DNA of 64,000 bases, taken from positions 1,728,001 through 1,792,000 of the forward strand of contig OY969724.1 of NCBI GenBank assembly GCA_963702205.1, written 5' to 3'. The stretch's first letter is position 1. Every line of letters starts with the position of its first letter. The DNA comes from an uncultured candidate division Zixibacteria bacterium (lineage in GTDB: Bacteria; Zixibacteria; MSB-5A5; GN15; PGXB01). The notes under the pieces were generated by a model. It was not told where the DNA came from and searched no databases. It was given only the letters and a program-made list of their open reading frames with translations. Positions 48,695 through 58,648 of this stretch are shown here, one piece after another. Made by a program: the position numbers and the translations under genes.

Positions 48695-50137
48695 CTATTT
48701 ACAGCCCCAGAAGACCGTCACGCCGCGTCCTTCCAATACATCGACTTCGGCGCTCGGATCAAAATCGGGACAACCGAGATCGAGCGTATCGTTGGTTGCA
48801 AATTCGAGGTTGTCAACCAATGGCTGAAGTGAAGTTATCGCAGTATTACTGAGATTGACAAAGGACAGGTTGGGCATATATTGCAGCGTTCCGATATCCG
48901 AAAGACTGGTGTTGCCGGATAAATCCAGGTATTGCAATGTCATTATATCCCGTAGCGGGACAATATCGGTTATGTCATTATAACCGAGGTTCAGGTACTC
49001 CAGCTTCGGACATCCGACCACGCCGCTGATATCGCTCAGGCAGACGTCGCCGTTGCAATTCGCAATTGAAAATATCTTTAAGTTCGGGAGCTGATTTAAT
49101 CCCGTAAGATCCGTTATGCTGTGATAATCCCAGGTCATATTCTCAATACCGAAGACATCAGACAGATGAATATTTCCGGCCTGGGCGCCGCTATATTCAA
49201 CAACGGCTGATTCCAAATCGGGATCAGGGAAACTCAGCAAGGGATCATCCCCGAAATCGGGAATAATATGCGCCCGCGCGTTGTCCCAATAAATGCTGTC
49301 AATGGGTATGCTGTTGCCATCGGTTCCGACCACGCCGCCTTCATTATCCAAAATAATAAGGTCAGTGAAAAAATCGGTCGATGGTCCGTTTGAATATGCT
49401 CCTGTGAAATAAATTACAGCCAGCTCGGCGTAACCCTGGGCGTCCGTAATTGAGGCGTTGGAATTTCCCGACGCGACATAAATGTTATAATAAGCGTCGT
49501 CCACGTTGCTGACATCAAACACCAAATCAGGAACCCGGCTGGCCAATCCACTGCCAATATTGGCGCTGTCGCCGTCGAGATCAGCCGAGACGAAATCGAG
49601 GTACAGGCTGGCGCTTTTTACATTGGGCAGGTTATAAGCCTCGACCGCGACCGGAAACGACGCCAGTGGGTTCTGTGTCTGAGCGCGCGGAGCCAGACGA
49701 ATCATCGGAATAACCGGTTTCAACACGATAGACAGATTGATCGGTGTTCCGGGATAAACGTCGGTCCGCTGCTCGCCTTTGTAAACCAGAAGCGGCGTTG
49801 GGCCGCCGATTTTATTATCGAAAGCCTCGATAGTAAACAGGCGATTGCGTCCAACGGGGATTTCCAAAGTACTGTCTGTTCTATCGTCTGATTGTGGATA
49901 ATATAGGTATCCATCAATGTTTAGAAACAACTGCACGGTAATTGGTTTAAAATCAGCGCCACTGATAGTTAAAATGAATTGATCGATGGCCTGGAAACCG
50001 GTGCTCATGCCGACCTGGATGCGTAAATTGGAATCCACGGTGGCATCATCGTTTACGATCTTCTTCGAGCAGGAAAACAGCAGCAACGCCATTACTGCGG
50101 CCGTCAAAAGAAGACCATATGTTTTATGTGTTTTCAT
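48695..50137 (-). CDS. Lipoprotein with cohesin-like middle domain and internalin-type LRRs
   Basis: LLFSC lipobox; FPDPDLESAV cap and ITDLTGLNQLPNL / LEYLNLGYNDITDI LRRs; FPVAVEAYNLPNVKSASLYLDF...ELAVIYF. Confidence 0.75.
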   Translation of the reverse strand: MKTHKTYGLLLTAAVMALLLFSCSKKIVNDDATVDSNLRIQVGMSTGFQAIDQFILTISGADFKPITVQLFLNIDGYLYYPQSDDRTDSTLEIPVGRNRLFTIEAFDNKIGGPTPLLVYKGEQRTDVYPGTPINLSIVLKPVIPMIRLAPRAQTQNPLASFPVAVEAYNLPNVKSASLYLDFVSADLDGDSANIGSGLASRVPDLVFDVSNVDDAYYNIYVASGNSNASITDAQGYAELAVIYFTGAYSNGPSTDFFTDLIILDNEGGVVGTDGNSIPIDSIYWDNARAHIIPDFGDDPLLSFPDPDLESAVVEYSGAQAGNIHLSDVFGIENMTWDYHSITDLTGLNQLPNLKIFSIANCNGDVCLSDISGVVGCPKLEYLNLGYNDITDIVPLRDIMTLQYLDLSGNTSLSDIGTLQYMPNLSFVNLSNTAITSLQPLVDNLEFATNDTLDLGCPDFDPSAEVDVLEGRGVTVFWGCK

Positions 50138-50150
50138 ATTATCTCCTTTC

Positions 50151-51266
50151 TTAAAGCTTGGCCGAAATTCCGGCGGTTATTTGTGTGCCCGACAAATCCA
50201 GGCGGCTGTTGTCGGCGTTGCCCGTGTAAAACTTAACCCCGAGTCCGACGTCGGTGTTTTCACTCAACTGACGACCGAAGCGGGCTCCGAATCCGAATAT
50301 CTTCGAATCTCCGAAACCATTCTCATCGGAGGTGATCTTTTTAAAATCGAGACCCGGAGAAATTGACCAGTCTTGCACGGGATACCAGGTTACGACCGTT
50401 CCGATTGAGAATTCATTGCCGTAGAATTTAAGGCGCTCGATTACGCTTCCGGTTGTGTCGTAGGTGGCGTTGCGTCCCCGCCAGGTGTAATGAATGGACG
50501 CGGTGGCGTCATATTTATCTTGTTTGAGCAACCCGCCGATCGCGAAATTGACTTCATCACCCTGGCTGAACACTTTGTCACCGTTGACATTGTCAGCGCT
50601 GTAAGTCGAGTAGATGAGGTTAGTGCTGAACGTGAAATGGTCTTTGTTGTATTCGGTCCCGCCGTTAATCGAGAACATATCGCCGGGATTGTAATCCTTG
50701 AAGCCTTTGTACGGCTCATAAGAACCGTTGACCTGATACATAATCCCGCCGCCGCATTCCAACTCGCCGAGCGCCCCGACCCCGCCGAGCATGAGGCTGA
50801 CGCCCAGCCCCTGGCCAAGGCGGCGCACCGGGAAGCTTAAGAAGTTCTGCGACAGGTATTCCACGACAATCCACTCATCGTCCAGGCTGAGTTTCTTCTT
50901 GCCAACAGGCAGGTTAAGCCCGACACTGGCCAGAAATCTGTCTTCTGAGAAAGAACGGTTAAGCATGACCCGGACATCGGTCAATCCGGACATGGAAAAA
51001 TCCTGTCCGCTCTGGGTCAGGCTGTTGAACGATGACGCGGCGTAAAATTGGGCCTCGAGATTTTCCTGCAGCGGAACGAATCCCGTGACCGGTATTGTCG
51101 ATTGTGAAATAGTGGCCTTGTCGCCGCCGTTCTTGATGGTCCAGTTGGTGTAAAGGAACTGCAGGCCGCCCGTGGTCGGCGTGCCGTAAATGATCTGGGC
51201 CGAAGCGCCGGAGCAGGCGAACATGATTATCGCCGCCATGATTATAAGGGTCTTTTTATCTTTCAT
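50151..51266 (-). CDS. Outer-membrane beta-barrel protein
   Basis: Signal peptide, alternating aromatic/Gly strands, GLNLPVG; overlaps the upstream CsgG-like gene. Confidence 0.75.
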   Translation of the reverse strand: MKDKKTLIIMAAIIMFACSGASAQIIYGTPTTGGLQFLYTNWTIKNGGDKATISQSTIPVTGFVPLQENLEAQFYAASSFNSLTQSGQDFSMSGLTDVRVMLNRSFSEDRFLASVGLNLPVGKKKLSLDDEWIVVEYLSQNFLSFPVRRLGQGLGVSLMLGGVGALGELECGGGIMYQVNGSYEPYKGFKDYNPGDMFSINGGTEYNKDHFTFSTNLIYSTYSADNVNGDKVFSQGDEVNFAIGGLLKQDKYDATASIHYTWRGRNATYDTTGSVIERLKFYGNEFSIGTVVTWYPVQDWSISPGLDFKKITSDENGFGDSKIFGFGARFGRQLSENTDVGLGVKFYTGNADNSRLDLSGTQITAGISAKL

Positions 51267-52551
51267 CGAATGTCCCCCTTATAATGATGAGTCCATCGGC
51301 ATCCACCTGCGGAGGAGCAATAGGTGCAGGCGTGACTCCGCTGCCGGGGATGACTCCGGAGCTGCCCAGCACCGAATTGATTCGGGAATCCAGGCCATTG
51401 CCGGAGCCGGTTGTGAGAGTCCTCTGGTCGACGGCCCGAGCAAACGCTGCCTCCGTATAATTACCGCCGCCGCCGATCGCAACCGCCTGAGACATGGCTG
51501 CGGCCTGCTGATTGGCCTGATTGAATCCGCCGTCTTCATGGGTCGCACGGCGAAATTCAACTTCGGCGGCCTTATACATGCCTTTATTTTCGTAGTCCAA
51601 ACCGCGACAGTACGCGATGAAAGCCAGATAAGATTCGGTGGGAACCTGCATTATCGAATCTCTTTCCTCGGCCGTAAGCGTAATACCGAGATCATCGATA
51701 ATCTTAAAAACGAAGTCCTTTTCCATTCGGAAAAATTTCTGGACACTGCCCTCGGTTGATCCGGTCAACTCGGCCGATTTATCCCCGGTATTGACGATAG
51801 CCCCGTCGAGCCGGAGATTTTCCGCCGATCCAAGAACCGAACCGGTGACAATCTTACTGCTGCCGAGTATTTTGCCCAGGCGCGGCGCGGTAGACTTGTC
51901 GACAAAATCGGTTTTCGACAGCGCCAGTTCATTCAGCACGGCTTTAATTTGCAGACGTTCCAGGACCTTGAGCGAATGAACCTTGGCCAGGTCGATTGAA
52001 GTCAATTCCGCCAGGCCTATTCCCATGGGGGCGTAGTTGGGAGGCAGAGACGAGGCATCGAAATCGACCACCCCGATTGTGTTTGCAGGTATTTCCGCGA
52101 CGTTGATTTCGTTTTCGTGGGCCGCCACTTCGGCAGCTTCTTTCCTGAATTTCTTTTCCATCAGACGATTGAGATGAACTTTCAGCATGTCGCGGGTATC
52201 TTTGTTGGGATCGAGGCCGATTGCGGACGAATACGATTTGACCGCTTTGTCATAATCTTCCCGCTTCTCATTGACCAGGCCGAGATAGACATAAGTCCTC
52301 GCATCCGGGCTCATGTTATTGGCTTGTTTGAGCGCGTCTTCGGCCTTGTCCAGATCGCCTTTGCGGAAAAACGCCACGCCCAGTTCGCGCCAGGCTTCGG
52401 CGTTATCCGGATTGGCCCGAATTTCGTCGTAAAAAATCCCTATGGCTCTGTCGTAATCGCCCCGCTCGGAGAATTCCTGCCCCTGCATAAACAGGCTTTG
52501 CGAACATCCGACCAGCAAAAAGACAGAGAGCAAAAGAAATTTCCGGATCAT
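51256..52551 (-). CDS. TPR lipoprotein with CsgG/HfaB-like domain
   Basis: LLVGC lipobox; TPRs (AEAWRELGVAFFRKGD); VVDFD...LKVLER.QI..VLNEL.LS...VD..TA..LGKILG. Confidence 0.82.
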   Translation of the reverse strand: MIRKFLLLSVFLLVGCSQSLFMQGQEFSERGDYDRAIGIFYDEIRANPDNAEAWRELGVAFFRKGDLDKAEDALKQANNMSPDARTYVYLGLVNEKREDYDKAVKSYSSAIGLDPNKDTRDMLKVHLNRLMEKKFRKEAAEVAAHENEINVAEIPANTIGVVDFDASSLPPNYAPMGIGLAELTSIDLAKVHSLKVLERLQIKAVLNELALSKTDFVDKSTAPRLGKILGSSKIVTGSVLGSAENLRLDGAIVNTGDKSAELTGSTEGSVQKFFRMEKDFVFKIIDDLGITLTAEERDSIMQVPTESYLAFIAYCRGLDYENKGMYKAAEVEFRRATHEDGGFNQANQQAAAMSQAVAIGGGGNYTEAAFARAVDQRTLTTGSGNGLDSRINSVLGSSGVIPGSGVTPAPIAPPQVDADGLIIIRGTFDER

Positions 52552-52586
52552 ATCACCCTCATTATTATAATTAACATCCGTGTGGA

Positions 52587-53633
52587 TCAGCCTGCCAGAG
52601 GCTTGTAAATCTCCATTTTATGCTTGGCTTCCGCGAACGTGCTGTCGAGGTCGAAAGCCTTCTTGAACGAATCATAAGCATTCTTATAATCGTACTTGTC
52701 AGCATAATCCAGACCGCGCGAGTACAGCGTGGTGGCGTCCTCGGATTCGGTCCCTCCGGCCTTAAGCAGATCCTTCGTCTTTTCGTCGAATTTAACATCC
52801 AGCTTATTGGCAAGTTCCTCGACCAGTTCTTTTTCCACCTTGAAATAATCCGGCTTGCCTTCTTTATCCACGGATGTAATAATCTCTGAGGTTTCCACGT
52901 TCACCGCTCGTACGACCATGCGCATATTGCGGGGATCGAGTTGGGTGATACTCCCGAAAACCATGATATTGGCGCCGAGCAGTTTCCCGGCTTTGACCGC
53001 CGTGGCCTGATCGACCTTGCCCGATTTCTGCAGTTCCAGCTCGCTTAAAATGGAATTGATTTTGTCACGTTCGATAACTTTAATCGACGAAAACTTGGAA
53101 AAATCGCTGGCGAACATGTCGGCCAGGCCTTTGCTGATATATCCCAGCTGTTCCTGATAGTCACCGACCGAATAGTTGTCGAACTGCATGATGGCAATCG
53201 TTTTGACTTTTTCACCTTCGGGGCAGGTCAGCATCGATTTAGCCTGAAGAATTCTAAACCAGCGATCGCGAAGCTCCTGCGGCCAGAAATCGTTCGGCAG
53301 TTGTATGATGCAGGGGTCGATCTTGACGATGTCTTCGAGGTAGCCAACCGATTTGTTGACATAATCCTGTCCGAGGGCATAGTTGCACATACTTAAAATA
53401 GAATAGATCGCCGCACTGTCCTTGGCCTGAAGGTCGGGACGCTGCAGCAGTTTGTTGGACAGGTCGATCCCTTTTTCGAAGTCCGCCTGCGTGTAATAAT
53501 CAAAGGCGGCGGCAAGTTGATCGGCCACAGGTTTCATCTGGTCCTGGGCGAAAGAGGGCGATGCCGCAGTTCCCAGTAAGACGGAGACTGCAACCGCAAC
53601 CAAACGGATAAAATAGCTCTTTCGGTTTGTCAT
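52587..53633 (-). CDS. Exported CsgG/HfaB-like protein with TPRs
   Basis: TIAIMQFDN...IKVIERDKINSILSELELQKSGKVDQATAVKAGKLLGA..MVFGS...RAVNVETSEI. Confidence 0.85.
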   Translation of the reverse strand: MTNRKSYFIRLVAVAVSVLLGTAASPSFAQDQMKPVADQLAAAFDYYTQADFEKGIDLSNKLLQRPDLQAKDSAAIYSILSMCNYALGQDYVNKSVGYLEDIVKIDPCIIQLPNDFWPQELRDRWFRILQAKSMLTCPEGEKVKTIAIMQFDNYSVGDYQEQLGYISKGLADMFASDFSKFSSIKVIERDKINSILSELELQKSGKVDQATAVKAGKLLGANIMVFGSITQLDPRNMRMVVRAVNVETSEIITSVDKEGKPDYFKVEKELVEELANKLDVKFDEKTKDLLKAGGTESEDATTLYSRGLDYADKYDYKNAYDSFKKAFDLDSTFAEAKHKMEIYKPLAG

Positions 53634-53708
53634 GGTATCACTCCCGGTTCATTTATGAAGTTAGTTGACTTATATATTCTTATACGTTCTGGTCATACAT
53701 TAAACGAA

Positions 53709-55466
53709 TCAATCGGAAAAATCAAACGTAATTTTAACCTCCTGTCCGGAGACCACCTTAACCGAGTCCGATTTCGTAACCGTCTGTCCGCCTTTATCTA
53801 ACGAGACTTTGATTATATGCCAGCCGATCGAGGTCTGAAATCTTCCCGGGGCGGTGCGGCTCTGCAGTCGGCCATCTACATATGCCTGAACATTGGTGTA
53901 GGCCGGGGTGGCGATTCGGAACCAGGCCGAATCGGGCGAATTGGGTTTGGGCAGTTCCGGGGTCGTATGTGTGTTTTCCACCGGCTTGGGCGTGAATGCG
54001 AAACTCATTTCGGCCGTATCCGGCGGATAGATCAGTGCATTCTCGCTTAATCGTCCCTGACTGCTGACTGAACTTACCGCCCTGACAACATAGCGCCCGG
54101 AATCGAGGGGGATAATTTCATGTGTCGTTTTTCGGGCGACGAGAGAGTCATTGACATATAAATCCGCCTCCATTGTGCTCGATACATTCAGGTATCCAAC
54201 TGTAATTATTGGTGCAGAATTGATCATGAATGAGTACATCTGCGAAAAGCCGCTCGATACGCCCTCGGGACTGACCGCCTCCACTCGCCAGTAATAATGC
54301 CCGTCGGGCAAACCGGCCGTGTCGGTGTACGACGTACCCCGCAGGCGCGGTTTGAATACTTTGGTCGCGAAATTCGGATCGGTCGAAAATTCCAGATTAT
54401 AAAAACCGCCTTCACCGGCCGAACCTTCCCAGTTGAATGACGGTATATCACCGGCCAGCGGCATATTGTCCGTCGGTTCCAGCAGTTTCGGGGGAAGAGG
54501 CCCGGCGGTCGGCTGGGGTTTGTTGAAAAATAACATATAGCCGGTTATGGCGGCGGCGATGATAATTACAGCCGCGATTATGGCAACCAGAGGATTTTTC
54601 TTTTTTGGCTGCGATGCCGTTTGAACCGCCGGAGCGGCTACGTGCGTTTTGTCGGCGTCGACACAACCCATATCTTCGATAGTCTGCTGCATCTGCTTGG
54701 CCGTGGAAAATCTTTTGCCCGGCTCTTTGTCGATAGCCTTGAGAATCAGTTGATCGACGTTTTTGGGCAGTTCGGGGACAATCGAGCTCGGCTTGGGGGG
54801 GTCGCTAAACAGTTTGGCGTCGCGGATCGCGAATTCGTTGTCGCCTTTGAAGGGCAGTTCACCGGTCAGCATATAAAATATAGTCGTACCCACCGCATAT
54901 ACATCGGCCAGGGCATAGTCGGTGTCTTCATTCGGATTGAACTGCTCCGGCGCCATATACGCCGGTGTCCCGCAGGCGGCTCCGGCCCGAGTCAGGTTGG
55001 GATCGGTTTTGGCCTTGGCAATGCCGAAGTCTATGATTTTGACATTGCCGTTGTGGTCGATCATTATATTGCTGGGCTTTATGTCGCGGTGAAATATTCC
55101 CTTTTCGTGCGCGAAAGATAAAATATCAAGCACCTTGCAGGCGATATTCAGAGCATCCTCGACCTGCAGCCGCCCGTCGTTTTTTATTTTTTCATCCAGA
55201 GTAAAGCCGTCGATATATTCCATCGCGATGACGATATTGTCGCCGTGGTTGAAGAAGTGTTTGATGCGACAGATATTCGGATGACCGTCCAGAAGAGCCA
55301 GTTTATCGGCCTCCTGACGGAAACGGTCGACCAGGCTGGGATCTTCGAGGATTTTCAGGACGACCTTAAGATTGGGGACGTCTTCGTGGACTCCCAAAAA
55401 TACGCGGGCCATACCCCCGGCCCCGATTTTTTTCAAAATCTTATAATTGCCAATTTTCTCTTCCAT
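53709..55466 (-). CDS. Hanks-type Ser/Thr protein kinase, TM, extracytoplasmic FN3/PEGA-like domains
   Basis: IGAGGMARV, HRDIKPSN, IDFGIAK, GTPAYMAPE, DVYAVG; TM LVAIIAAVIIIAAAITGY. Confidence 0.95.
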   Translation of the reverse strand: MEEKIGNYKILKKIGAGGMARVFLGVHEDVPNLKVVLKILEDPSLVDRFRQEADKLALLDGHPNICRIKHFFNHGDNIVIAMEYIDGFTLDEKIKNDGRLQVEDALNIACKVLDILSFAHEKGIFHRDIKPSNIMIDHNGNVKIIDFGIAKAKTDPNLTRAGAACGTPAYMAPEQFNPNEDTDYALADVYAVGTTIFYMLTGELPFKGDNEFAIRDAKLFSDPPKPSSIVPELPKNVDQLILKAIDKEPGKRFSTAKQMQQTIEDMGCVDADKTHVAAPAVQTASQPKKKNPLVAIIAAVIIIAAAITGYMLFFNKPQPTAGPLPPKLLEPTDNMPLAGDIPSFNWEGSAGEGGFYNLEFSTDPNFATKVFKPRLRGTSYTDTAGLPDGHYYWRVEAVSPEGVSSGFSQMYSFMINSAPIITVGYLNVSSTMEADLYVNDSLVARKTTHEIIPLDSGRYVVRAVSSVSSQGRLSENALIYPPDTAEMSFAFTPKPVENTHTTPELPKPNSPDSAWFRIATPAYTNVQAYVDGRLQSRTAPGRFQTSIGWHIIKVSLDKGGQTVTKSDSVKVVSGQEVKITFDFSD

Positions 55467-55523
55467 AATCCAAAAAATATACTTTTCCCGATATAATGAT
55501 GCAACAATAAAAGATGCTCGTAA

Positions 55524-57125
55524 TCAACGCTTCCAGAAGGATGGACGCAGCGCCAGCAGCATGGTGAAAAGCTCCAGCCGGCCGAGCAGCATCAGGACGA
55601 TAAGCACCCATTTGCCGGGTATCGGAATCCAGGCATAGGTTTGAGTGGAGCCGACACCCCCGAGTCCGGGGCCGATATTGCCCAGTGTCGCCGCCGCCGA
55701 CGAGGCCGCCGTGATAAGGTCGGGGATGAACAGAGTCATGAGGGCGGTTCCCACGACAAAGGTCACCATGAAAAGCATGAAGAATGCCCCGATGCTTATG
55801 ACCTGTTTTTCTTCCATGCTCATCCCGCCGACTTTCACCGGCACGATGGCATGGGGTGAGATTATCGTTTTTAATTCGCGCCACCCGGTCTTGAGGATGA
55901 CCATGATGCGGACCATCTTCATGCCGCCGCCCGTCGATCCGGCGCAGCCGCCCCAGAACATCAAAAGCAGAAGAGCGAAACGAAGCAGGTCGGGCCAGAT
56001 ATCGAAATCGGCGGTTCCGAATCCGGTCGTGGTAACGATCGATACAACTTGAAAGGCCGACCTCCTGAATGAACCGTAAAGCGTCGAAATCTTGGCGTTT
56101 TCTTCCTGGACGTGCTGATCGAGCTCCTGGTAAGAAACGGGAGAGTAGTGAAAGTGCTCGACCGCCTGATGAGTCGGTTTGGTTCCGGCCATGTACAATA
56201 TGCCCGTCGAGATTACTACCGTAAGAAGGATGGTGCCGACATAAAAATGCAGTTCGCTGTTGTTCTTGATGTCGATGAAATTATTGCGGAGCAGCCGATA
56301 GTGCACCATGAAATTGACGCCGGCCAGGAGCATGAATATGGTGATAACCCAGTCGATAAACTGGTTGTCGTAAAATCCGACCGACAGATTTTTCGTGGAA
56401 AAGCCCCCGGTCGCCATGGTCCCGAACGTATGACACAACGAGTCGAACCAGTTCATTCCGCCTGTCATGAGAAGAGTTGTTTCTATGCCTGATAAGAGAG
56501 CGTACACACCCCAGAGTATCGCTGCCGTCTGCGCCAGACGGGGTTGGATGCGCTCGGGCGACGGACCGGGCACTTCGCCGCGAAACATGTGGTACCCCGA
56601 AACGCCCATAGCCGGAAATATGGCGATGGCCAGCGTGATAATCCCCATGCCGCCCAGCCAGTGGGTCAAACTTCTCCAGAAAAGAATCCCGTGCGGGAGG
56701 ATTTCGACATCGTTAAATATGGTCGCGCCGGTTGTCGTGAACCCGCTGCAAATTTCAAAGTAAGCGTCGGTAAATGATTTCAGGATGCCTATGAGACTAT
56801 GATCTCCTCCACTAAGAACGAAAAAGACAAACAGCGGGATACTACCCAAAAATCCCAGCGACACCCAGCCCATTGAGACAATGGCAAAGCCCTCTTTAAT
56901 GCCCTCAAGTTGAGGTTTGGATCTAAACAACCTCGTTAAAAGATATCCGAGCAGAACTGACACCAAAACGGCCAGGATAAAACCGAGCGTCTCGGGCTTT
57001 TCGAGAATATCGGCGAAAGTATCAGGAAGATCGTAGGCCACCGCAATCGCCAGCGGGATCAGCATGATAGCGCCCAGGACCATCATCAGGCGACCGGTGA
57101 CATAAAATACGATCTTCTTGTCCAT
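55524..57125 (-). CDS. trkH: Trk potassium uptake membrane subunit
   Basis: [58 protein letters not shown]. Confidence 0.95.
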   Translation of the reverse strand: MDKKIVFYVTGRLMMVLGAIMLIPLAIAVAYDLPDTFADILEKPETLGFILAVLVSVLLGYLLTRLFRSKPQLEGIKEGFAIVSMGWVSLGFLGSIPLFVFFVLSGGDHSLIGILKSFTDAYFEICSGFTTTGATIFNDVEILPHGILFWRSLTHWLGGMGIITLAIAIFPAMGVSGYHMFRGEVPGPSPERIQPRLAQTAAILWGVYALLSGIETTLLMTGGMNWFDSLCHTFGTMATGGFSTKNLSVGFYDNQFIDWVITIFMLLAGVNFMVHYRLLRNNFIDIKNNSELHFYVGTILLTVVISTGILYMAGTKPTHQAVEHFHYSPVSYQELDQHVQEENAKISTLYGSFRRSAFQVVSIVTTTGFGTADFDIWPDLLRFALLLLMFWGGCAGSTGGGMKMVRIMVILKTGWRELKTIISPHAIVPVKVGGMSMEEKQVISIGAFFMLFMVTFVVGTALMTLFIPDLITAASSAAATLGNIGPGLGGVGSTQTYAWIPIPGKWVLIVLMLLGRLELFTMLLALRPSFWKR

Positions 57126-57136
57126 AGATAAGTACT

Positions 57137-58492
57137 TTAGCGGGCCTTGAACAGTTTGCGGACGCGGGCGGCGTTTTTGGAATGCGTTATCACGATCATT
57201 TTGTCGCCCGATTCAATCACGGTATTACCGTCGGGGATTATCATCTCGTCGCCTCGAAGAAGCGTCCCGACAATCGAGCCCTTCTGCATTTTGCTCCTGA
57301 TATGCTGCAACGGTTTGCCGGTGACCGGGCTGTCGGCATCGGCGGTCAGACGGATGGCCTCGATGTCCAGATTTCGGATGCGGACAATTCGTCCAATATG
57401 GCCCCGGTGTATCGCTTCCAGAATATTGTTGGCTATCGCCAGACGGGGATGAATAACATGATCGATCCCGATTGATTTATATAGCCGGTCGTGACGGACG
57501 TCGTTTATGACTGCGATCACCTCGCGCGCGCCTTCGGCCTTAGCCAATAGCGAAGCCATTACGTTGCTGTCGGTTTCCTTGTCGGCGGCGATGAAGAAAT
57601 CGGCGTTGCGGATATAGACCTCCTGCAATATGGCGGCATCGGTCGGGTCACCGTGAACGATATCGATATTGTTCAACATATCTGCTGCCTGACGGCCGTG
57701 GTCATAGTCCGGGTCGATCAATGTCACTTTGTCGACGAGGTTCCTGACTTCATCGGCCAGTTGCACGGCGGTCAAACTGGCCCCGGCGATAATGACATTC
57801 CTTGCCTCTTTCTGGGACCGCCCGAATAAATTAAGAAACACTTCAAGCGAAGTTCTCGGGAAAATACCGAAGACGTCGTCCTCGCCTTCGATCGTATATT
57901 CTCCGTCGGGTATGATAGCCTGCCCGCGTCGAATCGCGGCTATAAACAAAAGCGGGTGCTGTGAGGTTTCGCGTCGAATTTCCCGAAGTGATTTTCCGAC
58001 CAGCGGCATATTTTGCCGCGCCCGGTAGCCGCGCATGAGGATATTGCCATCGTGAAAATTGATGGCATCGGTCGCACCGGGCGTTTCGATGAATTGCGTG
58101 ATAGCATCGACCAGAACCGCTTCCGGGTCAGTTACCAGCGTAACGCCCATCTTTTTCAGGTCGATCGAGCCCACGCCCTCGCGGAATTCGCTCGAACGGA
58201 TACGGGCAATGCGCCGCTCCACGCCGTACTGCTCGGCGACCGAGCATATAACGATGTTATGTTCATCGAAAGGAGTGACGGCCACGACCATGTCGGCGAT
58301 TTTGATCCCGGCCGTTTCGAGAACGGCAGGGGAGGTGCCGTTGCCGCAAAGGATTTGGATGTCGGTCCGGTCGCGGATTTGTTCGTACGTGGCCGATTCT
58401 TTTTCGATCAGGGTTATGTCATGGTTTTCGTGGCGCAGGTGCTCGGCCAGACTGTAGCCGACCACGCCGCCGCCGACAATAATTATCCTCAT
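57137..58492 (-). CDS. trkA: Trk potassium uptake NAD-binding subunit
   Basis: MRIIIVGGGVVG, two RCK_N/RCK_C pairs, IIPDGNTVIESGD. Confidence 0.95.
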   Translation of the reverse strand: MRIIIVGGGVVGYSLAEHLRHENHDITLIEKESATYEQIRDRTDIQILCGNGTSPAVLETAGIKIADMVVAVTPFDEHNIVICSVAEQYGVERRIARIRSSEFREGVGSIDLKKMGVTLVTDPEAVLVDAITQFIETPGATDAINFHDGNILMRGYRARQNMPLVGKSLREIRRETSQHPLLFIAAIRRGQAIIPDGEYTIEGEDDVFGIFPRTSLEVFLNLFGRSQKEARNVIIAGASLTAVQLADEVRNLVDKVTLIDPDYDHGRQAADMLNNIDIVHGDPTDAAILQEVYIRNADFFIAADKETDSNVMASLLAKAEGAREVIAVINDVRHDRLYKSIGIDHVIHPRLAIANNILEAIHRGHIGRIVRIRNLDIEAIRLTADADSPVTGKPLQHIRSKMQKGSIVGTLLRGDEMIIPDGNTVIESGDKMIVITHSKNAARVRKLFKAR

Positions 58493-58648
58493 TGGCTCAG
58501 GTCATCCCCGGTTAAATCCCAGATTTTCACCATTTATATCGGAGAACCCCGCCAAAGTCAACAATAATCGGCAGAATGGAATGGCCGCGCGTTTGTGAAA
58601 TCTAAAGACGTTGACGACACCATTGTTTTTCATTAATTTTGGATTGTC

